DNA of 63,839 nt, filler included, from Craspedostauros australis (Eukaryota): NCBI GenBank assembly GCA_030167865.1. It is 8 parts of 8 records of this genome, joined end to end, with 100 filler letters (N's around TTAATTAATTAA, not from the genome) between each part and the next. Parts side by side here need not be neighbours in the genome. Positions count along the whole stretch, not along the records: positions 20,800 to 23,787 come from JALAGF010004428.1; positions 23,888 to 55,169 come from JALAGF010004430.1; 6 more parts are not named here. One strand, given 5' to 3'. Numbering within the stretch: position 1 is the stretch's first letter; every line of letters starts with the position of its first letter. Shown piece after piece: positions 21,412-33,381 of this stretch. Made by a program: the position numbers and the translations under genes. The notes below the pieces were generated by a model, which was not told the DNA's origin, did no database searches, and saw only the letters and a list, made by a program, of their open reading frames with translations.

Positions 21412-23523
21412 ATGAAATTCCCCATCGTCAACCAAGCTTCTCCGCTGCTCCTGGCAACCATCATTGGTATCGTCAACGTGAGGCATGTGGCATCCGCCAA
21501 GTGCGGTGATCCTTGGCGCGAACCGTGTCTCGGCGACACCGACGCCAGATACAAAACGGACCTCAATTATGATATCGAAGCGCAGAGCGATCTTGCGGTA
21601 CGTCAATCATTGCCCAGTCACTCTGAGGATTCAGTTGGGTTGATCATGCATGCATACCAGCTCGCCGTTGCACAATATGTGCGACGAGTACCAAACGCTC
21701 TCAATCATTGATGGTCTGCTTGTCTTGGAGCGGCCCCTCTGCTCTGCTCCGCCCTGCACGATCCCACGAGCATTCTAACATATGGTACACATTCATTCAT
21801 CCGTCCATCATCTGTCTGGCTCCATTGTATTACTTACTCTTTGATCACACAGGAAGCATTTCAGGGATACTACGTGTGCGACAAGTACATGTACCGACCG
21901 GATGGCCAGCCGTTGCAGAGTCGTCAAGTGGACGTTCCCGGTGTTGGACTGTTGGCATTCGGCACATTTCCGTACAAGACCTTCACCAATTACACGGTGG
22001 CTGGAACCAGAAGCTACACTCATCGATACAATATTCTCCCTCCTTTTCCTGGTTCTGGAGGTGCTCCTTTCGGGATCTCGGCAGGCTACGATTTGTATGC
22101 AACATCGACCTTCGAGCTGGATGGGAGGCTCGTCACCTTGCCGTACCAGGCGAGTAGCGCTGCCACGGATGGCCTGTTCACGGATGATGGAGTGACGGTG
22201 ACGTACCAAGTTGGAAACGACACGCTCTTCGCCAAGACGTTCCGCGACGTCACGCCTGGCACCTTTGCCACGACGAGTCAAACCTGCCTCAAGAAAGATT
22301 GCGACACCGTTCGCGAGTTAGCATCGATCTACCGAAACTTCCAGCACGCATCCTCGCAGGGGTGCACCAATCAACGCATCAGCGAACAGGAGTTCGTCGA
22401 AGGCATCGCGGCCACATACCAGCAATTCATGGTGCCAGAAACAGCCCGTGTCAGCGTGCCGATGGCGGATTCATCTCTGTCCGGCTCTTTTCCTGGCGAG
22501 GAGGAATGGTGCAAGGTACGAGCACGATCACGTATAGGCATGGATTGATTGCTGTCAAAGATATGGATCTGTGGTGGTTGCGAAGCAAAGGCGTGGCATT
22601 TTTTGGTTCGTTACATTCCGTTTCTTGCTAGCTCACTCATCCAATTATCTTCACTTCTTCGCCAATGCAGTTCGATCCAAATTGCGCCACAAACCCATAC
22701 CAAGAGCCAACCACGCCCGTCAAACCAGGTGTCATCGCTGGATTCACAATCGGCGGCGTACTCGNNNNNNNNNNNNNNNNNNNNNNNNNNNNNNNNNNNN
22801 NNNNNNNNNNNCAAGCAAAACGATACCGCACCGTCTTCGCTGCTCGTGTCGCACAGACCATGAGCATCCGCGTTCCAGCCAGGCGCATGGACGCCACCGC
22901 ATTGGCTCGCGAGTTCCAGAAGATCGATGCTCAAACTACCGCAGCCGACAGCAGCAACCGGCGTGCGAGTTCAGTGGGAAACATCACAAAAGAAGGCATG
23001 TGGGAGTTTTTGAGCTCTGGGAAGGCGGTCGAGATGAACCGCCATGACTTCGANGCATTGTGGGCGGTGATGGATGCTGATGGTAGCGGATACGTGGACT
23101 TCCTTGAGTTCTGCGCCTTCATGGGTCAAGTGAGTTCGATACTGTGTTCGACATGGCGCTGTTCTGTGCTGTGCTTTGTTATGATGCGTGCATCGCATTT
23201 ATGGTGCAATGAATGGCCCATTCAACCCAGCATCATTCTTCATGGCATCACGTCTTTGTCACTCATCCAACTACCCATCTACCGACACGTTATCTTTTTC
23301 CATTCATCATCTTCCACTTTTTTCAAACCCGCAGTGCCACGAGGAATACGACAATGCTCGTGACGATCGCATGTTGATGGCGGAACGTCTGTCCCGTCGC
23401 TTCTCTCTCCGTTTGTCTCAGATTGAGGAGAACTCCGCGCAACAAGCAGCATCCGAGATCGAAGCTATCGCTGGTGTCGACACAGATGCGGACGCCAAAG
23501 CGGATGCAGGCGATTCCGTCTAG
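21412..23523 (+). CDS. Type I membrane protein with signal peptide, Cys-containing ectodomain, TM and cytosolic EF-hand, copy 2; exons 21412-21597, 21853-22515, 22671-23129, 23335-23523
   Basis: Signal peptide MKFPIVNQASPLLLATIIGIVNVRHVASA; three phase-0 GT-AG introns; EF loop DADGSGYVDFLEF; TM partly masked by Ns. Confidence 0.87.
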
Positions 23524-24564
23524 AATGACACTGCACCCTCGTTTGAGTAGAGTGACTCTTTCGGCTTCCCTCCACTCCAACCATCGTGGTCTTCATCAAT
23601 GCATAGAAGACATCGGAAAACACTCACATCCAGTTCACAGCAATGCATAGAGACGAGAGGCCACACCTTGGGACGCCTGCACACTGCGCCCTCGTGTGGG
23701 ATAATATGAGCCCGATCAGTGAGTCGACCTGCACTCCGTTATTGGCCTCCAGAAATTTTAGCTTGGATATCCCAACCAAGCACATATNNNNNNNNNNNNN
23801 NNNNNNNNNNNNNNNNNNNNNNNNNNNNNNNTTAATTAATTAANNNNNNNNNNNNNNNNNNNNNNNNNNNNNNNNNNNNNNNNNNNNACAAATCATTGTG
23901 ATGCAAGAGGAAGAACGCTGCGGAACGATCATGTCCTGTGAAGAGCGTGGAGGACATGGATAAGCATGCAACGAACATATGTATACGAAGAACTGTGATG
24001 AGATGCAAGTGGCTCAATGCATCCAGGAGAAGCATTGAGCCATAGTAAANNNNNNNNNNNNNNNNNNNNNNNNNNNNNNNNNNNNNNNNNNNNNNNNNNN
24101 NNNNNAAAAGTGAGCGCGAACAAATAGTTTTAGTCGAGGTGGTCGAAGAAAATGCCATCGCGATAAAACGTCGCGTTGCTTGATTTTGGTCTGAGGAGAC
24201 CAATTTTGGCACCCCTCGAATCCGCTTGGTCTCCTGAGACAATTTTGGACTTTTATCGTGGACGAATTTCTTTATGGATATCATTATGGATATGCCAATG
24301 GTTACCAATAATTACCAATAAGTGCCAACAAACCGGAAATTTGCCAATAGCCACTAGTGCTATCGTGACCCCATTTTATATTCTCCGCAGGCAGTAAAGT
24401 AACCGGGTCTTAGTTTGGAAATCCTAGGGAAAAAGTTGTCATGTTCATTTCAAACAGTTGGTCGACTCGCTGATCGTGGTCCTGTTGGCCTCGCTAGACA
24501 GTCTTACGCTTTGCCATGCTGATGTCGGCTTTGAGCAGGGAGGGCCATGGCTGGATTCACGGGT

Positions 24565-25194
24565 TCAGCAGCCGCCGACGCCCTTGATACTGTACAGATC
24601 AACGTCAAATGGTCCCAAGACGCCTTGGACCCAGACCTCCAAAAATTTAATGCCCATCAGATCCCATTTGGATGGGCAGATCCTTGGGTCTTCTTCGCAT
24701 GTGGTCAAGACACGACCGGTGCTGAAGTCCCAAACATCGCCGAACTCACTAAATGGAATGGTGATTCCGTCTGGGTAATCCGAAATCCAATACGCGCTGA
24801 CTGAGGAACGCCAATTGAGCATGAATGGCATAAGTGGGTTTGGTGTCGTGTCAGCAAAGGCGACGTAGACTCCACCGCACCGGGACGCACACGAAAGAGT
24901 GATCTCGATCGCTTCACAATTCGAGATGGATGGGAATTTGTCAATGGACATGATCTTGGCAAATCCTGGTTCACCGAACATTGGTTGGTAGTTGATCGAG
25001 CCAGAGAAAGAAGAGTATCCACCTGCGTTTGGTTTCAGTGAGGCTGTCGAAGAGCCAGCCGTGAGCATGTTGTCAGTGACGATCTCCCATTTGTGCATGG
25101 GGTTGCTGAAGTCCTCCAACACAACGTCGGCGTTGATGCCTGGGAACACACCTGCGAGGGTGATTGCGACGGCGGAGGACATAGAGATCTTCAT
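24565..25194 (-). CDS. Secreted CIA30-like (galactose-binding-fold) domain protein
   Basis: Signal peptide MKISMSSAVAITLAGVFPGINA; LEDFS....W..V.D......S, FSG.I......PGF and IPFSEF...WD..TG motifs. Confidence 0.7.
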   Translation of the reverse strand: MKISMSSAVAITLAGVFPGINADVVLEDFSNPMHKWEIVTDNMLTAGSSTASLKPNAGGYSSFSGSINYQPMFGEPGFAKIMSIDKFPSISNCEAIEITLSCASRCGGVYVAFADTTPNPLMPFMLNWRSSVSAYWISDYPDGITIPFSEFGDVWDFSTGRVLTTCEEDPRICPSKWDLMGIKFLEVWVQGVLGPFDVDLYSIKGVGGC

Positions 25195-26697
25195 GTTGAT
25201 GGCCTTGCTGTTCGTTTGTTTGTTGTTGGTCTGTTGGTGAGGGGGACGATGCAAGTCTTGTTTTTTTATGAGAATAGGAAAGTCTGAACCAAGCCGGCGG
25301 ATGAGACGCTCTCAACGCGGGTCCTCGCACATCAACGAAACATCGCCGCGGACGAAACAGGAGCTTGGATCCGTTTCATGGTGCGCTGTATCGCACCAAA
25401 CTCTGCTCTGTTGTGCGAGTACGTGTGGCAGTTGGCGTCGGTTGGCATATCCACGCCGCGGAATGTGATCTCGAGAACATGAGATTCGGAGAGATCCGGA
25501 TCGCATAAGGAACGACGAACCATTTGTGGCCAATCAGATGAGTCAATGACGTTTTGGTGTTGATGGCTGTTGGTGTTCGGAAAGCGAGGAGACAGCCAAG
25601 TTTCGGCACTCCACACAACAAGGCCGTCTTTTCGATATCTTTGGTGTCAACGCAAAGTTCCGACGTTGGACATGGAATCCTCCGAGCGCGAGCTACTGGT
25701 GTCAGTGCTTCTCCAGGGGGAAGGGAAAATGGCATTTTTCGAATCGCGACATATGAAGAATAGAAAGTGGGTCCATTGTTGCTATTTTCCAACATTTTCC
25801 TGCTGTTTGTTTGAATCAGCCATTTCACAGGTTCTGCTGTTGCTTTCCTCGTATACTTCCGACTTTCATTGGGTTTGGGACAACAAGTGTACTACACGCA
25901 AGAGTATTTCGTCATTTGGCGGGGCGCATCCCTTTTTGACTTTCGTTTTGGCTCATCGCAACTTAAAAATATCGTTTTCCCTTACCCCCCCCATGCAGCC
26001 AGAATAACTGTCTTTGGCGCCACGAACTTCCCAACCACGGCGGACGCCTTTGCGTTTCTTCCTCCATCTGAAAAACCGTTTGCGGAGATTCCATTTGACG
26101 AGCTGCGCGCCCGATGATGAGGAAGAGCAGTGCCAGCTTCTCGTCCAGCAACAGTCTTGAATGTGTTCCGTGGCAAGAACCGAATCTCGGCACCAACGCA
26201 CACTTCTGCAGAGCACGAGCCATGGTACATGCGAGCCTTGGTACATAGTTGTACGAGCTACGATACCAGCTGGAGGAATGCACTTTTGGCTGGGCAAAGC
26301 GAGGTGGATCGATAAATCCGGAGCGGCTGACGTTGGACAATGCCTGCCGTCCCCGAAGATCGGCGCAGGCCGCTCAAGGTTGTACGACTGCTGGCGTTGC
26401 ACACCGTCATGGGCAGGACCATTCGGGCACAACCGCCATTGGCATCGATGCGAGAGTTCCATAGCTAGACATGATGAGAATGGGATTATGCGGGTATCGT
26501 AGCCTGGTTCTATTTGTTAGAGCATGGTTGTTGATTCGATTGTTAGGGCAGGGTAGAGTAGGGTAGACGATGTGGCTTCTGTACAGTTTGATGTGGTCGT
26601 CGCGACCTCATCATCGTCCATGGCCCACACCAATGGCCGCTGAATACAGAATCCGTGTGGAGTAGCGGTATTCTCGAGGCGAGAGGAACAATGAAGG

Positions 26698-29600
26698 TCA
26701 TTGATGGGTTTGTTGTTGCAGATGGTTCATCTGTTGCTTCAACTCCCGCTCTGCAAAGTTCACAACGTTCAATCCCATCTTGTGCAGCCAGAGGATCATC
26801 AACCAATCGCTGCCGCTAGATGCAAATGTGACCATTGTGTTGGTGGGGATTGCGGTATGGCACAGTTCGTTCATCATGTTCCGCACTGTCGTATCAACCT
26901 GTCCGAGCATGTGGCATGCGATGATCAGTTTGTAGCATCGGACCTCGATGCCTACATTTTTGAATTCTGGGATGTTGGGGATCCCTGCTGTGTGCAACCG
27001 CCGTTGCTGCTGTTGCGGGTCGATGTCTGACGAGGGGCTGCATGAATGCAGGGTCTGGAGCTCGGCTTCCGTTGACTTGGGCAAGGCTTGGCCGATGTCG
27101 GCAGTGCGGACGCGTGCTTCCCTGGCGGTATTGCCATTGATAGTGTCGCCGTCCTTTCTTTCGTTGTTTGGAAGCCACGATAGGGCGCGATTCAATTCAT
27201 CGCCATCGCCGTCGCCGGTCATGGGAAATGCGGCCTCGGGCGACACAGTTCTTTGACTTTTTGTTGCTGCTGCTTCTGCCGGTGCACTCCTGACATTTGC
27301 AAGATGGTGCTTCAGGGATTTGAAGAACTTGCGCAAGACACGCGCGGTCGTCGCCGGTTTCTTGCGCTTTGGGATGCTGCAGCGGCTTTTCAGAAGACTC
27401 TGGGTCCACCATTGGCGATTGTAAAACAATGCCCTTGTTACGGTCTCTCGCGCAGACGTAACGTTACGATGATCCTGATCATGATTCACATCCACGAGGT
27501 CGAATGCCTCGTCCTTCTCCTTTCGCGGAATCACGCCCAATGCGCGAATGAGAGACCTCCAGTGTTCCAAACATCCTGGATCCCCTTCGAGCCTTGAGGC
27601 GAGCAACTCCAAATGCGCTTCGTTTGCAGCGATCGTGCTTCCGCGTTCTTCTTCTTTTTCTTCTGCGTTGTGATGTCTGGCACGTGTTGCCGCTTTCTCT
27701 TCCGACAACAACAGCAGCTTCCGTCTGTAACAGACATCGTGCTTCGCCAGTTCTGCTTGAAAAAAACGATGCTGGATGCAAATCTTTGCGCAGGCTGCTT
27801 CTCTGGAGTTATCGATGCTGATATTTGCACCGTCACCAACGCCATCACCCACGACCAACGCCATGAGCTGACTCCATTCCAACAGCGAGACAATCGCCCT
27901 GGAGGATCGTTCGCACATGCCGCTAGCAGCCAGTTGGAACAGCGACCGAATTGAGTTGGATACCTGCTGCCGCACAGTATCGAAGTTCGACAGCGATGGC
28001 CGGATCTCATGGTCAGAGAATGCGCAGCTGAAAAAAGAGACACGCTCCGATCGCACCGACGGCTGGGTCCATGCCCCGGAACCTATTCGATTACCGGAGC
28101 ACAGCAACAATCCCGCACCCAGCACGCTGATGCACCAGCTGTGGTAGTCACAGTTCCATGGCTCCAACTCGACGCAATGTTCGACGGCCTTGGCAGCTTG
28201 GGCGAACAGATACTCCAACTCCGCCGCGTGGATGCCGTCGACGTGATGCTGGGCACCAAAGTGGATCTCTTGACGCTCCTCCATTCCCGCCAATACGCAT
28301 TGAACACGTTCAAATGGTGTCGGAGCATCGCTCGCTTTGTTGCCGTTGCCGTTGGCATCAGCTTTGTTGTGAGTACCGTCTCCCAGGGGCTGGGACAACT
28401 GCAAGGCAGCTTGCTGTGGCAGCTTTTGACAAAGGTTGGCAAGCGCAACTGACAGGTGAAGGCTTGGGAATCGGAACAATCCATCGCGCTGCATCTGCTT
28501 CTCGCAAAAGTTGAAAACATTCTCTGCGGTTTTGTTGATCGAGATTCCGCCGAGGATGCGCTGGTTGTCTCCATTCAAGCCTGGTCTTGCCTCGCTGTCG
28601 CTGGCGTACAGGTCATCACTGTCATCGTCCGCCAAAACCCGGTTGATGCCAGCATCGTAGGATTGGGGAATGGCAACGTGGTTGCTTCGAACCGGACGAA
28701 AGTTGGACAGGATGCTGATGTTCTTCATCATGATATGATACTGTGCGACCAGCGGGACGTCCGCGGGCTTGTCGACCCTGGTGGCAACGATCTTGTTGCA
28801 TTTGGAGTCGTTGCTCCTCGCGCTTTCCTGAAGGAATTTATGAATCTGATCTTCGGCGATGGTGACTTTGAATTCGTTGGACTTGCCAGCATGAATGGCA
28901 ACGCGATTGAGCAACGTCGATAAAGCAAGGCCGTGCGTTGTTGGATCCAGAACCTGCCCGTGGAAGAAACGATGAAATCGATCCGCAATGCCAAGGACCG
29001 TTCGTGTTGGATTCAGCGGAAATGTCGGTGCGGGTGGCTGGGAACCTGGCAAGTGGACGTACGTTGTTGATGGCTGTTCGGATGCATCTGCTGCGTTGAG
29101 TTGCGATGTGCTTGTTGCAACATTGCTGTTGCCATAGCTACTGCCATCGTTGGCATCGTTAGCACCATCCACATGAGCGTCGCTTTGATCGCCGCTGCCA
29201 ACGTCCATGCTGACATCATCGATCGATCTGTGCGATGTCAACACGAGTTTCTCCCGTTTGTCTTGGATGCGTTGTTTTTGGCTTCGATTTGTCGGTTGGC
29301 GCTGTTTCTGCGATTCTTCCAACGAGTACATCTCCACTGCGATCCGCCGCAGAGTGTTGTGACACCGCCGGATGGATTCCCTGTCGCACGGCAGACCCGA
29401 GAAGCGTGTAGCGGCGGGAAGGACGGTCGAATTACTGGGATCAAGGTCGAGCAGCTGCACGACGCGTTGCGAGTTCTTCCATTGATGATTGTGAAAAAGC
29501 TGCAGGCTACGCGCTCGCTCGTGTGCGATATGCAGCAGGATTTCTTTTGTTGTAGATCGTTGGAATACCTTTGCGGTTGCATTCGACGTTGATTGATTCG

Positions 29601-31374
29601 TCGAATCCGATGGCGACGATGGGGTTGAGGACCGGAGGCCATAGGAAAGCATCAATTTGAGAACTCTGTTCTCCAGTATAGCATCTTCCGGAGAACTGCA
29701 GAGAAGACGTCCAGCAAGGCGTCGCAGCAGTCTGTGCTGGGCAAAATCGGTCCTGCCGTCTTGTTGATGCTGGTAGGGGAGGTAATACCGCTTCTCCCGA
29801 CGTTGCGACGATACGGGACGCGCTAAGCTGCTCAAGGTGGTGGCCATGGTATTGGCTTGAGCCGACGATGGGTCGACCGCGGTGATGGCCGTGTTGAGCG
29901 AAGAAGCTGATTTAGCCTGCGACGATTTGGCAATACGTGACCCCCTCACGCGTTGTTTGAGCGCAGCCGGACTGTTGTAGGGATAATCCAGCGACTCATG
30001 GGGCGGAACCGAGTACCCCAGCTCCCAGTAATCCATGCGCTGCGAGTAGGGTGTTTTAATTTCGAATTGCTCCTGCTCCTCCTTGGTGCGCAGGGAGTCC
30101 TTCTCTGCATCCTTTTTCGCTCTGTCGTCATCTTCAAGATGCTTTTGCGAGTAGATGAGATGCTCCAGCATCTGATTCTGTTCATCCACGGACACCTCCG
30201 CAGATGCGACACTGATCTCGCCATCATCTCCGTCGTTGTCCTTCCCTTTCTGCCTGAGCTTCTGCGCGCTGACATGCTCCTGCTTGAAGTACTTTGCTCG
30301 GACGGCGTCCGTGACGCAGCTCTTCACCGCGCTTCCAATATCAAATTCTTCAATGTAAGTGATGCGCCGGGCCTTCCATCGACCGCGTATCTGTTGGTAC
30401 TCCGCCTTGCGCTCTCTCTTCAGCAACCGTTGCTGCGTCGCTTCCGCCGTCTCTTGTATTTCTTGTCTCCGTTTTCCCCTGCCCCGAATGAGCCGCCTTG
30501 GTGCCAAGTGCGACCCCGGTGGTTTCCGCAGGATGGGCAGCCTGGACGGTGGCACTTGCGGATGCAGCGTGTCAAGCAACGTATCCGCGTCTGTTTTGGA
30601 AAAGACGGGAGAATGGATGGCATTCGCAAGCGCCTTGATCTGCTCGGCGTGGGCGAAGAGCTCGGATGCATTAGCTAATCCATTCTTTCCATCCAGCTCA
30701 CGGCCACGTTGTCGCTGCTTCCGCTTGTCCTTGTTTTTCTTTGTTAGAGTCCGGGCGCCGCCAGTGCTGCTGCTGGTGCCAATCCCATCATTGGTGTCGA
30801 CGCAATTGTACGAATCGGTGTTAGTTGCCTCCTCCATGTGCTGAAGGATGGGATCATCATACTCCGCGTCCTCCTCCACATCCTCCTCCTGATAGACCCC
30901 CATCATACCTGGTCGACTTCGTTTCCGCGGGTTGGTCCGAGATCCTCGTTTGCGTTTGTTGGAAGTTCCATGACCTCCGAAAGGAACGGGCGGAGAGAGG
31001 GGCTCAATTCTGGACACCCGCTTTGGGGGCGTCGCGAATGCTTCCTCCAAGGGATCGATCGCATGTTGTTGCTGTTCCTGTGGTTGCTGTTGCTCTTGTA
31101 TTCTTCGATGGTCCTGATGGTCTTGGTCTTGCTGCTGATAGTGCTCCAGGGATGCCTCGTCGTCGTTGTACACGATGTTGGACCACCGCCGTGAGATGGG
31201 CGTATTCTGCGCATTCTCAAAGTCAAGCTGTGATGCATGGAGATGTTGCGAGTCATGTTGCCGTTCATCCTGATGCTGAGGTTGCTGAGGTTGGAGCACC
31301 TGCTGTTGAGCGCTGCCGTCGTCGAAGGTTGGAGGTACATCGGTGGCGTAGATGAGCTGGCTGAGCGAGAACAT
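26698..31374 (-). CDS. Large hypothetical protein (1558 aa), probably nuclear, with a helical or TPR-like C-terminal half
   Basis: 4.7-kb uninterrupted ORF; basic clusters KRKRGSRTNPRKRSR and KKNKDKRKQRQR; family not recognised. Confidence 0.85.
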   Translation of the reverse strand: MFSLSQLIYATDVPPTFDDGSAQQQVLQPQQPQHQDERQHDSQHLHASQLDFENAQNTPISRRWSNIVYNDDEASLEHYQQQDQDHQDHRRIQEQQQPQEQQQHAIDPLEEAFATPPKRVSRIEPLSPPVPFGGHGTSNKRKRGSRTNPRKRSRPGMMGVYQEEDVEEDAEYDDPILQHMEEATNTDSYNCVDTNDGIGTSSSTGGARTLTKKNKDKRKQRQRGRELDGKNGLANASELFAHAEQIKALANAIHSPVFSKTDADTLLDTLHPQVPPSRLPILRKPPGSHLAPRRLIRGRGKRRQEIQETAEATQQRLLKRERKAEYQQIRGRWKARRITYIEEFDIGSAVKSCVTDAVRAKYFKQEHVSAQKLRQKGKDNDGDDGEISVASAEVSVDEQNQMLEHLIYSQKHLEDDDRAKKDAEKDSLRTKEEQEQFEIKTPYSQRMDYWELGYSVPPHESLDYPYNSPAALKQRVRGSRIAKSSQAKSASSLNTAITAVDPSSAQANTMATTLSSLARPVSSQRREKRYYLPYQHQQDGRTDFAQHRLLRRLAGRLLCSSPEDAILENRVLKLMLSYGLRSSTPSSPSDSTNQSTSNATAKVFQRSTTKEILLHIAHERARSLQLFHNHQWKNSQRVVQLLDLDPSNSTVLPAATRFSGLPCDRESIRRCHNTLRRIAVEMYSLEESQKQRQPTNRSQKQRIQDKREKLVLTSHRSIDDVSMDVGSGDQSDAHVDGANDANDGSSYGNSNVATSTSQLNAADASEQPSTTYVHLPGSQPPAPTFPLNPTRTVLGIADRFHRFFHGQVLDPTTHGLALSTLLNRVAIHAGKSNEFKVTIAEDQIHKFLQESARSNDSKCNKIVATRVDKPADVPLVAQYHIMMKNISILSNFRPVRSNHVAIPQSYDAGINRVLADDDSDDLYASDSEARPGLNGDNQRILGGISINKTAENVFNFCEKQMQRDGLFRFPSLHLSVALANLCQKLPQQAALQLSQPLGDGTHNKADANGNGNKASDAPTPFERVQCVLAGMEERQEIHFGAQHHVDGIHAAELEYLFAQAAKAVEHCVELEPWNCDYHSWCISVLGAGLLLCSGNRIGSGAWTQPSVRSERVSFFSCAFSDHEIRPSLSNFDTVRQQVSNSIRSLFQLAASGMCERSSRAIVSLLEWSQLMALVVGDGVGDGANISIDNSREAACAKICIQHRFFQAELAKHDVCYRRKLLLLSEEKAATRARHHNAEEKEEERGSTIAANEAHLELLASRLEGDPGCLEHWRSLIRALGVIPRKEKDEAFDLVDVNHDQDHRNVTSARETVTRALFYNRQWWTQSLLKSRCSIPKRKKPATTARVLRKFFKSLKHHLANVRSAPAEAAATKSQRTVSPEAAFPMTGDGDGDELNRALSWLPNNERKDGDTINGNTAREARVRTADIGQALPKSTEAELQTLHSCSPSSDIDPQQQQRRLHTAGIPNIPEFKNVGIEVRCYKLIIACHMLGQVDTTVRNMMNELCHTAIPTNTMVTFASSGSDWLMILWLHKMGLNVVNFAERELKQQMNHLQQQTHQ

Positions 31375-32120
31375 GCCGCTGACACAGTTCCGCTTCAGTG
31401 TTCACTCACGATGCACCGCAGAAGTGATGGTCTTCACATGCGGCAACACAGGACTGCTTGACTTGTGTTGGTGCTCTGCTTCACGCTGATCTCGCTGCAA
31501 TTCTTTGCCTTGATATCCGCTGTGGTCAGTGTCGACTCTGCATTGGCATGTTTCGCTTTGCGTGGTTTCTCCGTGTTTGGTTTTCCTTGGCTTTGGTCGA
31601 CAGAGTCCGAGTGTGCCGATGGATGTTTGTCGATGCAAGGTTTGTGGGTTTGTGGTTTTGTGGGATCGCGGGTGGCCTTTCTCGCAAACGCTTCCGGAGC
31701 GTGTCGGGTTTGGTTGATGCTGCACCAAAAGAGGTCCGTTCGTTGAGTTCAGTGTAGTGTTCTGTTCTGCGGTGTTTTTCGCGTCTTCTTCATTTTTTCT
31801 CTCCAACGCAGCGAAGAAACATGACTCGTTCCTGTCAGCCTACGTCTGTCCGTATGTACGTCGTCGCGCCAACAACGACGGATGGACGCAACGGATTTCC
31901 AGTAGCTCGCAACTCACAGAACACCATCAACAACATTGGTTGGACACAATCTTCCGCCACATCACCACAATCCGACCAATCCAGAGAAACGAGGCCAGGA
32001 AAGGGGAGCCCGACCTTTCGCAATCGCATCGACACATAGTCGCAACCAAACCAGCAAATCGTCCAACAAAAAGGCCAACCAAAGAATAAGCAAGCATCAG
32101 ATAGACAGAATTGAGACACG

Positions 32121-32606
32121 ATGATATTGGGGGTCGGTAGAACAGCCAGCAGCACGCTGCTGGCTGCATCAATGAGGAACCGGATCTTCGCGAGATCATG
32201 CCAGCTGCTGCGGGCGACTTCCTCCGCCGTTGGTCGGAGACGCACAATCACCATGCATGCGCATGCTGGCATCGTCGCTTCTGCCAGCGCAAATGGAATT
32301 GCCAACCCCCTGGCATCATCACTGCGATGGATCGCACGATGCCAAAGCTGGATGACAGCATCATCACGGATGCACGGATCTTCGATAGCGCCAACGCGTT
32401 CGCCGCCCGTGTTTGGCATGCTGCGTCAGATCATGGTCGATCGTATCATCTCGCCTTGGATCGTTCTCATCAAACGTACCTTCCAACCATCGTTGATCCG
32501 CAAGAAGCGCAAGTGTGGATACCTCAAACGCAGACGGTCCAAAGATGGTCGCAAGATCTTCCTTCGCCGTCGTGCCAAGGGCAGAGCGCGGTTGTTTGGT
32601 GCTTGA
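32121..32606 (+). CDS. MRPL34: Mitochondrial ribosomal protein L34 (bL34m) with long presequence
   Basis: C-terminal KRTFQPSLIRKKRKCGYLKRRRSKDGRKIFLRRRAKGRARL matches the L34 signature; R/S/A-rich N-terminus lacking acidic residues. Confidence 0.92.
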   Translation: MILGVGRTASSTLLAASMRNRIFARSCQLLRATSSAVGRRRTITMHAHAGIVASASANGIANPLASSLRWIARCQSWMTASSRMHGSSIAPTRSPPVFGMLRQIMVDRIISPWIVLIKRTFQPSLIRKKRKCGYLKRRRSKDGRKIFLRRRAKGRARLFGA

Positions 32607-33381
32607 CGACATTATTCACAACCAACGATGGCGGTGTAGTGGTGGTAGTGCAAGACGGCATGTCGCATATGTACGGGATGCGGGTGGTACAGATTGGTGC
32701 GGTTCAGACCCTACGTGTCACTCTCTCTCTCTCTCTCTCTCTCTCAAGAGATAAAGACAAGGAAATGATTGCTCCACCTCATCGACAAGTGGAGTGGAAC
32801 GGACCGCGACGAAACGGACCGCGACGAAACGGATGCAAGCAGCGCTGCCTCTGATGTGCGGCTACATTTCATATCGTGGCACATAGTCTTGATGGAGCAA
32901 TCGGCGCGCGAAGCATCTCTACCTCGTACCGCAATATAGTACTCTCTAGAGCATCATCTTAGCACCGCCTGTGGCAGAAGGCCTGATGGTCGATCGACTA
33001 TTTGCGTACTTGAGCACCAGGTTATGTCACGTTTCGATTGAAGGAACGAGAGGCAGAGTCTCTGAGGCGCATCACTACGAGTACTCTACAACTAGCGTTC
33101 CCAGGATTGTCCACATGTCCTCGCAGAATCTCTCGATTACAACACACAGACTGCAGTGACTGGCAAGTCCCATTACTCCAGAGGACTATTCTCCCTCCAG
33201 AGTAAAAGTAGCGCATGGTTATGTTAGAATGCGGTACGTTCCGTATCCGTAGAGTACTGACAGTATGCTTCTTGATGCGTCATTCCCAATGTCCAGGTTG
33301 GGGAAACTCTCAAGTACTCGCAAAGCTGCGTTTGCAATCCATCGCATCGACACACAATCGCACGCACAGGGCACCGGATCT

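Noticed and set aside
25990..26120. ITVFGATNFPTTADAFAFLP resembling an AAA sensor-1 or fasciclin motif
   Set aside because: Isolated short similarity surrounded by stops; a gene cannot be supported.
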